Shown one piece after another: positions 35,101 to 50,100 of a DNA stretch of 64,000 bases; the stretch's first letter is position 1; the number at the start of each line of letters is the position of its first letter. The notes beneath the pieces were generated by a model. The model did no database searches. It was not told where the DNA came from and worked only from the letters and a program-made list of their open reading frames with translations. This DNA is from Eledone cirrhosa (lineage: Eukaryota): the NCBI GenBank assembly GCA_964016885.1, contig OZ024741.1, forward strand, positions 23,932,001 through 23,996,000, given 5' to 3'. A program made the translations under genes and the position numbers.

Positions 35101-38100
35101 ACCTAACCCTAATCCAGTACATATATAGTAAGAGACTGTGCTTCAGCAGTCACATAACCCTGATCCAGTACATATATAGTAAAAGACTGTGCTTCAGCCA
35201 TGACCTAACCCTAATCCAGTACATATATAGTAAAAGGCTGTGTTTCAGCTGTCACCTAACTCTAATCCAGTACATATATAGTAAAAGACTGTGCTTCAGC
35301 TGTCACCTAACTCTAATCCAGTACATATATAGTAAAAGACTGTGCTTCAGCAATGACCTAACCATAATCCAGTACATCTATAGTAAAAGACTGTGCTTCA
35401 GCAATGACCTAACCATAATCCAGTACATCTATAGTAAAAGACTGTGCTTCAGCAATGACCTAACCATAATCCAGTACATATATAGTAAAAGACTGTGCTG
35501 CAGCTGTCACCTAACTCTAATCCAGTACATATATAGTAAAAGACTGTGCTTCAGCCATGACCTAACCCTAATCCAGTACATATATAGTAAAAGACTGTGC
35601 TTCAGCTGTCACCTAAACCTAATCCAGTACATCTATAGTAAAAGACTGTGCTTCAGCAATGACCTAACCCTAATCCAGTACATATATAGTAAAAGACTGT
35701 GCTGCAGCCATGACCTAACCCTAATACAGTACATATATAGTAAAAGACTGTGTTTCAGCTGTGACCTAACTCTAATCCAGTACATATATAGTAAAAGACT
35801 GTGCTGCAGCCATGACCTAACCATAATCCAGTACATATATAGTAAAAGACTGTGCTTCAGCTGTCACCTAACCCTAATCCAGTACATATATAGTAAAAGA
35901 CTGTGCTGCAGCCATGACCTAACCCTAATCCAGTACATATATAGTAAAAGACTGTGCTTCAGCTGTCACCTAACCCTAATCCAGTACATATATAGTAAAA
36001 GACTGTGCTTCAGCTGTCACCTAACCCTAATCCAGTACATATATAATAAAAGACTGTGCTGCAGCCATGACCTAAACCTAATCCAGTACATATATAGTAA
36101 AAGACTTTGCTTCAGCTGTCACCTAACCCTAATCCAGTACATATATAGTAAGAGACTGTGCTTCAGCAGTCACATAACCCTGATCCAGTACATATATAGT
36201 AAAAGACTGTGCTTCAGCCATGACCTAACCCTAATCCAGTACATATATAGTAAAAGGCTGTGTTTCAGCTGTCACCTAACTCTAATCCAGTACATATATA
36301 GTAAAAGACTGTGCTTCAGCTGTCACCTAACTCTAATCCAGTACATATATAGTAAAAGACTGTGCTTCAGCAATGACCTAACCATAATCCAGTACATCTA
36401 TAGTAAAAGACTGTGCTTCAGCAATGACCTAACCATAATCCAGTACATCTATAGTAAAAGACTGTGCTTCAGCAATGACCTAACCATAATCCAGTACATA
36501 TATAGTAAAAGACTGTGCTGCAGCTGTCACCTAACTCTAATCCAGTACATATATAGTAAAAGACTGTGCTTCAGCCATGACCTAACCCTAATCCAGTACA
36601 TATATAGTAAAAGACTGTGCTTCAGCTGTCACCTAACTCTAATCCAGTACATATATAGTAAAAGACTGTGCTTCAGCCATGACCTAACCCTAATCCAGTA
36701 CATATATAGTAAAAGACTGTGCTTCAGCTGTCACCTAACTCTAATCCAGTACATATATAGTAAAAGACTGTGCTTCAGCCATGACCTAACCCTAATCCAG
36801 TACATATATAGTAAAAGACTGTGCTGCAGCTGTCACCTAACTCTAATCCAGTACATATATAGTAAAAGACTGTGCTTCAGCCATGACCTAACCCTAATCC
36901 AGTACATATATAGTAAAAGACTGTGCTTCAGCTGTCACCTAACTCTAATCCAGTACATATATAGTAAAAGACCGTGCCTCAGCCATGACCTAACTCTAAT
37001 CCAGTACATATATAGTAAAAGACTGTGCTTCAGCTGTCACCTAACTGTAATCCAGTACATATATAGTAAAAGACTGTGCTTCAGCTGTCACCTAAACCTA
37101 ATCCAGTACATATATAGTAAAAGACTGTGCTTCAGCCATGACCTAACCCTAATCCAGTACATATATAGTAAAAGACTGTGCTTCAGCCATGACCTAACCC
37201 TAATCCAGTACATATATAGTAAAAGACTGTGCTTCAGCTGTCACCTAAACCTAATCTAGTACATATATAGTAAAAGACTGTGCTTCAGCCATGACCTAAC
37301 CCTAATCCAGTACATATATAGTAAAAGACTGTGCTTCAGCCATGACCTAACCCTAATCCAGTACATATATAGTAAAAGACTGTGCTTCAGCTGTCACCTA
37401 AACCTAATCTAGTACATATATAGTAAAAGACTGTGCTTCAGCCATGACCTAACCCTAATCCAGTACATATATAGTAAAAGACTGTGCTTCAGCTGTCACC
37501 TAAACCTAATCCAGTACATCTATAGTAAAAGACTGTGCTTCAGCAATGACCTAACCCTAATCCAGTACATATATAGTAAAAGACTGTGCTGCAGCCATGG
37601 CCTAACCCTAATACAGTACATATATAGTAAAAGACTGTGTTTCAGCTGTGACCTAACTCTAATCCAGTACATATATAGTAAAAGACTGTGCTGCAGCCAT
37701 GACCTAACCATAATCCAGTACATATATAGTAAAAGACTGTGCTTCAGCTGTCACCTAACTCTAATCCAGTACATATATAGTAAAAGACTGTGCTGCAGCC
37801 ATGACCTAACCCTAATCCAGTACATATATAGTAAAAGACTGTGCTTCAGCTGTCACCTAACCCTAATCCAGTACATATATAGTAAAAGACTGTGCTTCAG
37901 CTGTCACCTAACCCTAATCCAGTACATATATAATAAAAGACTGTGCTGCAGCCATGACCTAAACCTAATCCAGTACATATATAGTAAAAGACTGTGCTTC
38001 AGCTGTCACCTAACCCTAATCCAGTACATATATAGTAAAAGACTGTGCTTCAGCTGTCACCTAACCCTAATCCAGTACATATATAATAAAAGACTGTGCT

Positions 38101-41100
38101 GCAGCCATGACCTAAACCTAATCCAGTACATATATAGTAAAAGACTGTGCTTCAGCTGTCACCTAACCCTAATCCAGTACATATATAGTAAAAGACTGTG
38201 CTTCAGCTGTCACCTAACCCTAATCCAGTACATATATAGTAAAAGACTGTGCTTCAGCCATGACCTAACCATAATCCAGTACATATATAGTAAAAGACTG
38301 TGCTTCAGCTGTCACCTAACTCTAATCCAGTACATATATAGTAAAAGACTGTGCTGCAGCCATGACCTAACCCTAATCCAGTACATATATAGTAAAAGAC
38401 TGTGCTTCAGCTGTGACCTAACCCTAATCCAGTACATATATAGTAAAAGACTGTGCTGCAGCTGTCACCTAACCCTAATCCAGTACATATATAGTAAAAG
38501 ACTGTGCTTCAGCTGTCACCTAACTCTAATCCAGTACATATATAGTAAAAGACTGTGCTTCAGCCATGACCTAACCCTAATCCAGTACATATATAGTAAA
38601 AGACTGTGCTTCAGCTGTCACCTAACTCTAATCCAGTACATATATAGTAAAAGACTGTGCTTCAGCCATGACCTAACCCTAATCCAGTACATATATAGTA
38701 AAAGACTGTGCTGCAGCTGTCACCTAACTCTAATCCAGTACATATATAGTAAAAGACTGTGCTTCAGCTGTCACCTAACCCTAATCCAGTACATATATAG
38801 TAAAAGACTTTGCTTCAGCTGTCACCTAACCCTAATCCAGTACATATATAGTAAAAGACCGTGCCTCAGCCATGACCTAACTCTAATCCAGTACATATAT
38901 AGTAAAAGACTGTGCTTCAGCTGTCACCTAACCATAATCCAGTACATATATAGTAAAAGACTGTGCTTCAGCTGTCACCTAACCCTAATCCAGTACATAT
39001 ATAGTAAAAGACTGTGCTGCAGCCATGACCTAAACCTAATCCAGTACATATATAGTAAAAGACTGTGCTTCAGCTGTCACCTAACCATAATCCAGTACAT
39101 ATATAGTAAAAGACTGTGCTTCAGCTGTCACCTAACCCTAATCCAGTACATATATAGTAAAAGACTGTGCTTCAGCTGTCACCTAACCCTAATCCAGTAC
39201 ATATATAGTAAAAGACTGTGCTTCAGCTGTCACCTAACCCTAATCCAGTACATATATAGTAAAAGACTGTGCTTCAGCTGTCACCTAACCCTAATCCAGT
39301 ACATATATAGTAAAAGACTGTGCTTCAGCTGTCACCTAACCCTAATCCAGTACATATATAGTAAAAGACTGTGCTTCAGCTGTCACCTAACCCTAATCCA
39401 GTACATATATAGTAAAAGACTGTGCTTCAGCTGTCACCTAACCCTAATCCAGTACATATATAGTAAAAGACTGTGCTTCAGCTGTCACCTAACCCTAATC
39501 CAGTACATATATAGTAAAAGACTGTGCTTCAGCTGTCACCTAACCATAATCCAGTACATATATAGTAAAAGACTGTGCTTCAGCTGTCACCTAACCCTAA
39601 TCCAGTACATATATAGTAAAAGACTGTGCTTCAGCTGTCACCTAACCCTAATCCAGTACATATATAGTAAAAGACTTTGCTTCAGCTGTCACCTAACCCT
39701 AATCCAGTACATATATAGTAAAAGACTGTGCTTCAGCTGTCACCTAACCCTAATCCAGTACATATATAGTAAAAGACTGTGCTTCAGCTGTCACCTAACC
39801 CTAATCCAGTACATATATAGTAAAAGACTGTGCTTCAGCTGTCACCTAACCCTAATCCAGTACATATATAGTAAAAGACTGTGCTGCAGCCATGACCTAA
39901 ACCTAATCCAGTACATATATAGTAAAAGACTGTGCTGCAGCCATGACCTAAACCTAATCCAGTACATATATAGTAAAAGACTGTGCTTCAGCTGTCACCT
40001 AACCCTAATCCAGTACATATATAGTAAAAGACTGTGCTGCAGCCATGACCTAAACCTAATCCAGTACATATATAGTAAAAGACTGTGCTGCAGCCATGAC
40101 CTAAACCTAATCCAGTACATATATAGTAAAAGACTGTGCTTCAGCTGTCACCTAACCCTAATCCAGTACATATATAGTAAAAGACTGTGCTGCAGCCATG
40201 ACCTAAACCTAATCCAGTACATATATAGTAAAAGACTGTGCTGCAGCCATGACCTAAACCTAATCCAGTACATATATAGTAAAAGACTGTGCTTCAGCTG
40301 TCACCTAACCCTAATCCAGTACATATATAGTAAAAGACTGTGCTGCAGCCATGACCTAAACCTAATCCAGTACATATATAGTAAAAGACTTTGCTTCAGC
40401 TGTCACCTAACCCTAATCCAGTACATATATAGTAAAAGACTGTGCTGCAGCCATGACCTAACCCTAATCCAGTACATATATAGTAAAAGACTGTGCTTCA
40501 GCTGTCACCTAACCCTAATCCAGTACATATATAGTAAAAGACTGTGCTGCAGCCATGACCTAAACTTAATCCAGTACATATATAGTAAAAGACCGTGCTT
40601 CAGCTGTCACCTAACCCTAATCCAGTACATATATAGTAAAAGACTGTGCTTCAGCTGTCACCTAACCCTAATCCAGTACATATATAGTAAAAGACTTTGC
40701 TTCAGCTGTCACCTAACCCTAATCCAGTACATATATAGTAAGAGACTGTGCTTCAGCAGTCACATAACCCTGATCCAGTACATATATAGTAAAAGACTGT
40801 GCTTCAGCTGTCACCTAACCCTAATCCAGTACATATATAGTAAAAGACTGTGCTTCAGCTGTCACCTAACCCTAATCCAGTACATATATAGTAAAAGACT
40901 TTGCTTCAGCTGTCACCTAACCCTAATCCAGTACATATATAGTAAGAGACTGTGCTTCAGCAGTCACATAACCCTGATCCAGTACATATATAGTAAAAGA
41001 CTGTGCTTCAGCTGTCACCTAACCCTAATCCAGTACATATATAGTAAAAGACTGTGCTTCAGCTGTCACCTAACCCTAATCCAGTACATATATAGTAAAA

Positions 41101-44100
41101 GACTGTGCTGCAGCCATGACCTAAACCTAATCCAGTACATATATAGTAAAAGACTGTGCTTCAGCTGTCACCTAACCCTAATCCAGTACATATATAGTAA
41201 AAGACTTTGCTTCAGCTGTCACCTAACCCTAATCCAGTACATATATAGTAAGAGACTGTGCTTCAGCAGTCACATAACCCTGATCCAGTACATATATAGT
41301 AAAAGACTGTGCTTCAGCTGTCACCTAATTGTAATCCAGTACATATATAGTAAAAGACTGTGCTTCAGCTGTCACCTAACCCTAATCCAGTACATATATA
41401 GTAAAAGACTGTGCTGCAGCCATGACCTAAACCTAATCCAGTACATATATAGTAAAAGACTGTGCTTCAGCTGTCACCTAACCCTAATCCAGTACATATA
41501 TAGTAAAAGACTTTGCTTCAGCTGTCACCTAACCCTAATCCAGTACATATATAGTAAGAGACTGTGCTTCAGCAGTCACATAACCCTGATCCAGTACATA
41601 TATAGTAAAAGACTGTGCTTCAGCCATGACCTAACCCTAATCCAGTACATATATAGTAAAAGGCTGTGTTTCAGCTGTCACCTAACTCTAATCCAGTACA
41701 TATATAGTAAAAGACTGTGCTTCAGCTGTCACCTAACTCTAATCCAGTACATATATAGTAAAAGACTGTGCTTCAGCTGTCACCTAACCCTAATCCAGTA
41801 CATATATAGTAAAAGACTGTGCTTCAGCCATGACCTAACCCTAATCCAGTACATATATAGTAAAAGACAGTGCCTCAGCTGTCACCTAACCCTAATCCAG
41901 TACATATATAGTAAAAGACTGTGCTTCAGCTGTCACCTAACCCTAATCCAGTACATATATAGTAAAAGACTGTGCTTCAGCTGTCACCTAACCCTAATCC
42001 AGTACATATATAGTAAAAGACTGTGCTTCAGCTGTCACATAAACCTAATCCAGTACATATATAGTAAAAGACTGTGCTTCAGCTGTCACCTAACCCTAAT
42101 CCAGTATATATATAGTAAAAGACTGTGCTTCAGCCATGACCTAACTCTAATCCAGTACATATATAGTAAAAGACTGTGCTTCAGCTGTCACCTAACTGTA
42201 ATCCAGTACATATATAGTAAAAGACTGTGCTTCAGCTGTCACCTAACTCTAATCCAGTACATATATAGTAAATGACTGTGCTTCAGCTGTCACCTAACTG
42301 TAATCCAGTACATATATAGTAAAAGACTGTGCTTCAGCTGTGACCTAACCCTAATCCAGTACATATATAGTAAAAGACTGTGCTTCAGCTGTGACCTAAC
42401 CCTAATCCAGTACATATATAGTAAAAGACTGTGCTGCAGCCATGACCTAACCCTAATCCAGTACATATATAGTAAAAGACTGTGCTTCAGCTGTCACCTA
42501 ACTCTAATCCAGTACATATATAGTAAAAGACTGTGCTTCAGCTGTGACCTAACCCTAATCCAGTACATATATAGTAAAAGACTGTGCTGCAGCCATGACC
42601 TAACCCTAATCCAGTAAATATATAGTAAAAGACTGTGCTTCAGCTGTCACCTAACTCTAATCCAGTACATATATAGTAAAAGACTGTGCTTCAGCTGTGA
42701 CCTAACCCTAATCCAGTACATATATAGTAAAAGACTGTGCTTCAGCTGTCACCTAAACCTAATCTAGTACATATATAGTAAAAGACTGTGCTTCAGCCAT
42801 GACCTAACCCTAATCCAGTACATATATAGTAAAAGACTGTGCTTCAGCTGTCACCTAAACCTAATCCAGTACATCTATAGTAAAAGACTGTGCTTCAGCA
42901 ATGACCTAACCCTAATCCAGTACATATATAGTAAAAGACTGTGCTGCAGCCATGACCTAACCCTAATCCAGTACATATATAGTAAAAGACTGTGCTTCAG
43001 CTGTGACCTAACTCTAATCCAGTACATATATAGTAAAAGACTGTGCTGCAGCCATGACCTAACCCTAATCCAGTACATATATAGTAAAAGACCGTGCTTC
43101 AGCTGTCACCTAACTCTAATCCAGTACATATATAGTAAAAGACTGTGCTGCAGCCATGACCTAACCCTAATCCAGTACATATATAGTAAAAGACCGTGCT
43201 TCAGCTGTGACCTAACTCTAATCCAGTACATATATAGTAAAAGACTGTGCTGCAGCCATGACCTAACCCTAATCCAGTACATATATAGTAAAAGACTGTG
43301 CTTCAGCTGTCACCTAACCCTAATCCAGTAAATATATAGTAAAAGACTTTGCTTCAGCTGTCACCTAACCCTAATCCAGTACATATATAGTAAAAGACTG
43401 TGCTTCAGCTGTCACATAACCCTAATCCAGTACATATATAGTAAAAGACAGTGCCTCAGCTGTCACCTAACCCTAATCCAGTACATATATAGTAAAAGAC
43501 TGTGCTTCAGCTGTGACCTAACCCTAATCCAGTACATATATAGTAAAAGACTGTGCTTCAGCCATGACCTAACCCTAATCCAGTACATATATAGTAAAAG
43601 ACTGTGCTTCAGCTGTCACCTAACTCTAATCCAGTACATATATAGTAAAAGACCGTGCCTCAGCCATGACCTAACTCTCATCCAGTACATATATAGTAAA
43701 AGACTGTGCTTCAGCTGTCACCTAACTGTAATCCAGTACATATATAGTAAAAGACTGTGCTTCAGCTGTCACCTAACCCTAATCCAGTACATATATAGTA
43801 AAAGACTGTGCTTCAGCTATGACCTAACCCTAATCCAGTACATATATAGTAAAAGACTGTGCTTCAGCCATGACCTAACCCTAATCCAGTACATATATAG
43901 TAAAAGACTGTGCTTCAGCTGTCACCTAAACCTAATCTAGTACATATATAGTAAAAGACTGTGCTTCAGCCATGACCTAACCCTAATCCAGTACATATAT
44001 AGTAAAAGACTGTGCTTCAGCCATGACCTAACCCTAATCCAGTACATATATAGTAAAAGACTGTGCTTCAGCTGTCACCTAAACCTAATCTAGTACATAT

Positions 44101-47100
44101 ATAGTAAAAGACTGTGCTTCAGCCATGACCTAACCCTAATCTAGTACATATATAGTAAAAGACTGTGCTTCAGCTGTCACCTAAACCTAATCCAGTACAT
44201 CTATAGTAAAAGACTGTGCTTCAGCAATGACCTAACCCTAATCCAGTACATATATAGTAAAAGACTGTGCTGCAGCCATGACCTAACCCTAATATAGTAC
44301 ATATATAGTAAAAGACTGTTCTTCAGCTGTGACCTAACTCTAATCCAGTACATATATAGTAAAAGACTGTGCTGCAGCCATGACCTGACCATAATCCAGT
44401 ACATATATAGTAAAAGACTGTGCTTCAGCTGTGACCTAACCCTAATCCAGTACATATATAGTAAAAGACTGTGCTGCAGCCATGACCTAACCCTAATCCA
44501 GTACATATATAGTAAAAGACTGTGCTTCAGCTGTCACCTAACCCTAATCCAGTACATATATAGTAAAAGACTGTGCTTCAGCTGTCACCTAACCCTAATC
44601 CAGTATATATATAGTAAAAGACTGTGCTTCAGCCATGACCTAACTCTAATCCAGTACATATATAGTAAAAGACTGTGCTTCAGCTGTCACCTAACTGTAA
44701 TCCAGTACATATATAGTAAAAGACTGTGCTTCAGCTGTCACCTAACTCTAATCCAGTACATATATAGTAAATGACTGTGCTTCAGCTGTCACCTAACTGT
44801 AATCCAGTACATATAGAGTAAAAGACTGTGCTTCAGCTGTCACCTAACCCTAATCCAGTACATATATAGTAAAAGACTGTGCTTCAGCCATGACCTAACC
44901 CTAATCCAGTACATATATAGTAAAAGACTGTGCTTCAGCTGTCACCTAACCCTAATCCAGTACATATATAGTAAAAGACTGTGCTTCAGCCATGACCTAA
45001 CCCTAATCCAGTACATATATAGTAAAAGACAGTGCCTCAGCTGTCACCTAACCCTAATCCAGTACATATATAGCAAAAGACTGTGCTTCAGCTGTCACCT
45101 AACCCTAATCCAGTACATATATAGTAAAAGACTGTGCTTCAGCTGTCACCTAACCCTAATCCAGTACATATATAGTAAAAGACTGTGCTTCAGCCATGAC
45201 CTAACCCTAATGCAGTACATATATAGTAAAAGACTGTGCTTCAGCTGTCACCTAACCTTAATCCAGTATATATATAGTAAAAGACTGTGCTTCAGCTGTG
45301 ACCTAACCCTATTCCAGTACATATATAGTAAAAGACTGGGCTTCAGCTGTCACCTAACCCTAATCCAGTACATATATAGTAAAAGACTGTGCTTCAGCCA
45401 TGACCTAACCCTAATCCAGTACATATATAGTAAAAGACTGTGCTTCAGCTGTCACCTAACCCTAATGCAGTACATATATAGTAAAAGACTGTGCTTCAGC
45501 CATGACCTAACCCTAATCCAGTACATATATAGTAAAAGACTGTGCTTCAGCTGTCACTTAACTCTAATCCAGTACATATATAGTAAAAGACTGTGCTTCA
45601 GCTGTCACCTAACTCTAATCCAGTACATATATAGTAAAAGACCGTGCCTCAGCCATGACCTAACTCTAATCCAGTACATATATAGTAAAAGACTGTGCTT
45701 CAGCTGTCACCTAACTGTAATCCAGTACATATATAGTAAAAGGCTGTGCTTCAGCTGTCACCTAACCCTAATCCAGTACATATATAGTAAAAGACTGTGC
45801 TTCAGCCATGACCTAACCCTAATCCAGTACATATATAGTAAAAGACTGTGCTTCAGCAGTCACCTAACCCTAATCCAGTACATATATAGTAAAAGACTGT
45901 GCTTCAGCCATGACCTAACCCTAATCCAGTACATATATAGTAAAAGACAGTGCCTCAGCTGTCACCTAACCCTAATCCAGTACATATATAGTAAAAGACT
46001 GTGCTTCAGCCATGACCTAACCCTAATCCAGTACATATATAGTAAAAGACAGTGCCTCAGCTGTCACCTAACCCTAATCCAGTACATATATAGTAAAAGA
46101 CTGTGCTTCAGCTGTCACCTAACCCTAATCCAGTACATATATAGTAAAAGACTGTGCTTCAGCTGTCACCTAACCCTAATCCAGTACATATATAGTAAAA
46201 GACTGTGCTGCAGCCATGACCTAACCCTAATCCAGTACATATATAGTAAAAGACTGTGCTTCAGCTGTCACCTAACCCTAATCCAGTACATATATAGTAA
46301 AAGACTGTGCTTCAGCCATGACCTAACCCTAATCCAGTACATATATAGTAAAAGACAGTGCCTCAGCTGTCACCTAACCCTAATCCAGTACATATATAGT
46401 AAAAGACTGTGCTTCAGCTGTCACCTAACCCTAATCCAGTACATATATAGTAAAAGACTGTGCTTCAGCTGTCACCTAACCCTAATCCAGTACATATATA
46501 GTAAAAGACTGTGCTTCAGCTGTCACCTAACCCTAATCCAGTACATATATAGTAAAAGACTGTGCTTCAGCTGTCACCTAACCCTTATCCAGTACATATA
46601 TAGTAAAAGACTGTGCTTCAGCCATGACCTAACCCTAATCCAGTACATATATAGTAAAAGACTGTGCTTCAGCCTTGACCGAACCCTAATCCAGTACATA
46701 TATAGAAAAAGACTGTGCTTCAGCTGTCACCTAACCCTAATCCAGTACATATATAATAAAAGACCGTATCTCATCCATGACCTAACTCTAATCCAGTACA
46801 TATATAGTAAAAGACTGTGCTTCAGCTGTCACCTAACTGTAATCCAGTACATATATAGTAAAAGACTGTGCTTCAGCTGTCACCTAACCCTAATCCAGTA
46901 CATATATAGTAAAAGACTGTGCTTCAGCCATGACCTAACCCTAATCCAGTACATATATAGTAAAAGACTGTGCTTCAGCTGTTACCTAACCCTAATCCAG
47001 TACATATATAGTAAAAGACTGTGCTTCAGCTGTCACCTAACCCTAATCCAGTACATATATAGTAAAAGACTGTGCTTCAGCCATGACCTAACCCTAATCC

Positions 47101-50100
47101 AGTACATATATAGTAAAAGACAGTGCCTCAGCTGTCACCTAACCCTAATCCAGTACATATATAGCAAAAGACTGTGCTTCAGCTGTCACCTAACCCTAAT
47201 CCAGTACATATATAGTAAAAGACTGTGCTTCAGCTGTCACCTAACCCTAATCCAGTACATATATAATAAAAGAATGTGCTTCAGCCATGACCTAACCCTA
47301 ATCCAGTACATATATAGTAAAAGACTGTGCTTCAGCTGTCACCTAACTCTAATCCAGTACATATATAGTAAAAGACTGTGCTTCAGCTGTCACCTAACTC
47401 TAATCCAGTACATATATAGTAAAAGACCGTGCTTCAGCTGTCACCTAACCTTAATCCAGTACATATATAGTAAAAGACCGTGCTTCAGCTGTCATCTAAC
47501 CTTAATCCAGTACATATATAGTAAAAGACCGTGCTTCAGCTGTCACCTAACTCTAATCCAGTACATATATAGTAAAAGACTGTGCTGCAGCCATGACCTA
47601 ACCTTCATCCAGTACATATATAGTAAAAGACTGTGCTTCAGCTGTCACCTAACTCTAATCCAGTACATATATAGTAAAAGACCGTGCTTCAGCTGTCACC
47701 TAACCTTAATCCAGTACATATATAGTAAAAGACCGTGCTTCAGCTGTCACCTAACCCTAATCCAGTACATATATAGTAAAAGACTGTGCTTCAGCTGTCA
47801 CCTAACTCTAATCCAGTACATATATAGTAAAAGACCGTGCTTCAGCTGTTACCTAACCCTAATCCAGTACATATATAGTAAAAGACTGTGCTTCAGCTGT
47901 CACCTAACTCTAATCCAGTACATATATAGAAAAAGACTGTGCTTCAGCTGTCACCTAACTCTAATCCAGTACATATATAGTAAAAGACCGTGCCTCAGCC
48001 ATGACCTAACTCTAATCCAGTACATATATAGTAAAAGACTGTGCTTCAGCTGTCACCTAACCTTAATCCAGTACATATATAGTAAAAGACTGTGCTTCAG
48101 CTGTCACCTAACTGTAAACCAGTACATATATAGTAAAAGACTGTGCTTCAGCTGTCACCTAACCCTAATCCAGTACATATATAGTAAAAGACTGTGCTTC
48201 AGCCATGACCTAACCCTAATCCAGTACATATATAGTAAAAGACTGTGCTTCAGCTGTCACCTAACCCTAATCCAGTACATATATAGTAAAAGACTGTGCT
48301 TCAGCCATGACCTAACCCTAATCCAGTACATATATAGTAAAAGACAGTGCCTCAGCTGTCACCTAACCCTAATCCAGTACATATATAGTAAAAGACTGTG
48401 CTTCAGCTGTCACCTAACCCTAATCCAGTACATATATAGTAAAAGACTGTGCTTCAGCTGTCACCTAACTCTAATCCAGTACATATATAGTAAAAGACTG
48501 TGCTTCAGCTGTCACCTAACTCTAATCCAGTACATATATAGTAAAAGACCGTGCCTCAGCCATGACCTAACTCTAATCCAGTACATATATAGTAAAAGAC
48601 TGTGCTTCAGCTGTCACCTAACTGTAATCCAGTACATATATAGTAAAAGACTGTGCTTCAGCTGTCACCTAACCCTAATCCAGTACATATATAGTAAAAG
48701 ACTGTGCTTCAGCCATGACCTAACCCTAATCCAGTACATATATAGTAAAAGACTGTGCTTCAGCTGTGACCTAACCCTAATCCAGTACATATAATAAAAG
48801 ACTGTGCTTCAGCTGTCACCTAACCCTAATCCAGTACATATATAGTAAAAGACTGTGCTTCAGCTGTCACCTAACCCTAATCCAGTACATATATAGTAAA
48901 AGAGTATGCTTCAGCTGTCACCTAACCCTAATCCAGTACATATATAGTAAAAGACTGTGCTTCAGCTGTCACCTAACCTTAATCCAGTACATATATAGTA
49001 AAAGACTGTGCTTCAGCTGTCACCTAACTCTAATCCAGTACATATATAGTAAAAGACCGTGCTTCAGCTGTCACCTAACCTTAATCCAGTACATATATAG
49101 TAAAAGACCGTGCTTCAGCTGTCATCTAACCTTAATCCAGTACATATATAGTAAAAGACCGTGCTTCAGCTGTCACCTAACTCTAATCCAGTACATATAT
49201 AGTAAAAGACTGTGCTGCAGCCATGACCTAACCTTAATCCAGTACATATATAGTAAAAGACTGTGCTTCAGCTGTCACCTAACTCTAATCCAGTACATAT
49301 ATAGTAAAAGACCGTGCTTCAGCTGTCACCTAACCTTAATCCAGTACATATATAGTAAAAGACCGTGCTTCAGCTGTCACCTAACCCTAATCCAGTACAT
49401 ATATAGTAAAAGTCTGTGCTTCAGCTGTCACCTAACTCTAATCCAGTACATATATAGTAAAAGACCGTGCCTCAGCCATGACCTAACTCTAATCCAGTAC
49501 ATATATAGTAAAAGACTGTGCTTCAGCTGTCACCTAACTCTAATCCGGTACATATATAGTAAAAGACTGTGCTTCAGCTGTCACCTAACTCTAATCCGGT
49601 ACATATGTAGTAAAAAACTGTGCTTCAGCTGTCACCTAACTCTAATCCAGTACATATATAGTAAAAGACTGTGCTTCAGCCATGACCTAACTCTAATCCA
49701 GTACATATATAGTAAAAGACTGTGCTTCAGCTGTCACCTACATCTAATCCAGTACATATATAGTAAAAGACTGTGCTTCAGCCATGACCTAACTCTAATC
49801 CAGTACATATATAGTAAAAGACTGTGCTTCAGCTGTCACCTAACCCTAATCCAGTAGATATATAGTAAAAGACTGTGCTTCAGCCATGACCTAACCCTAA
49901 TCCAGTACATATATAGTAAAAGACCGTGTTTCAGCTGTCACCTACATCTAATCCAGTACATATATAGTAAAAGACTGTGCTTCAGCCATGACCTAACTCT
50001 AATCCAGTACATATATAGTAAAAGACTGTGCTTCAGCTGTCACCTAACCCTAATCCAGTACATATATAGTAAAAGACTGTGCTTCAGCCATGACCTAACC

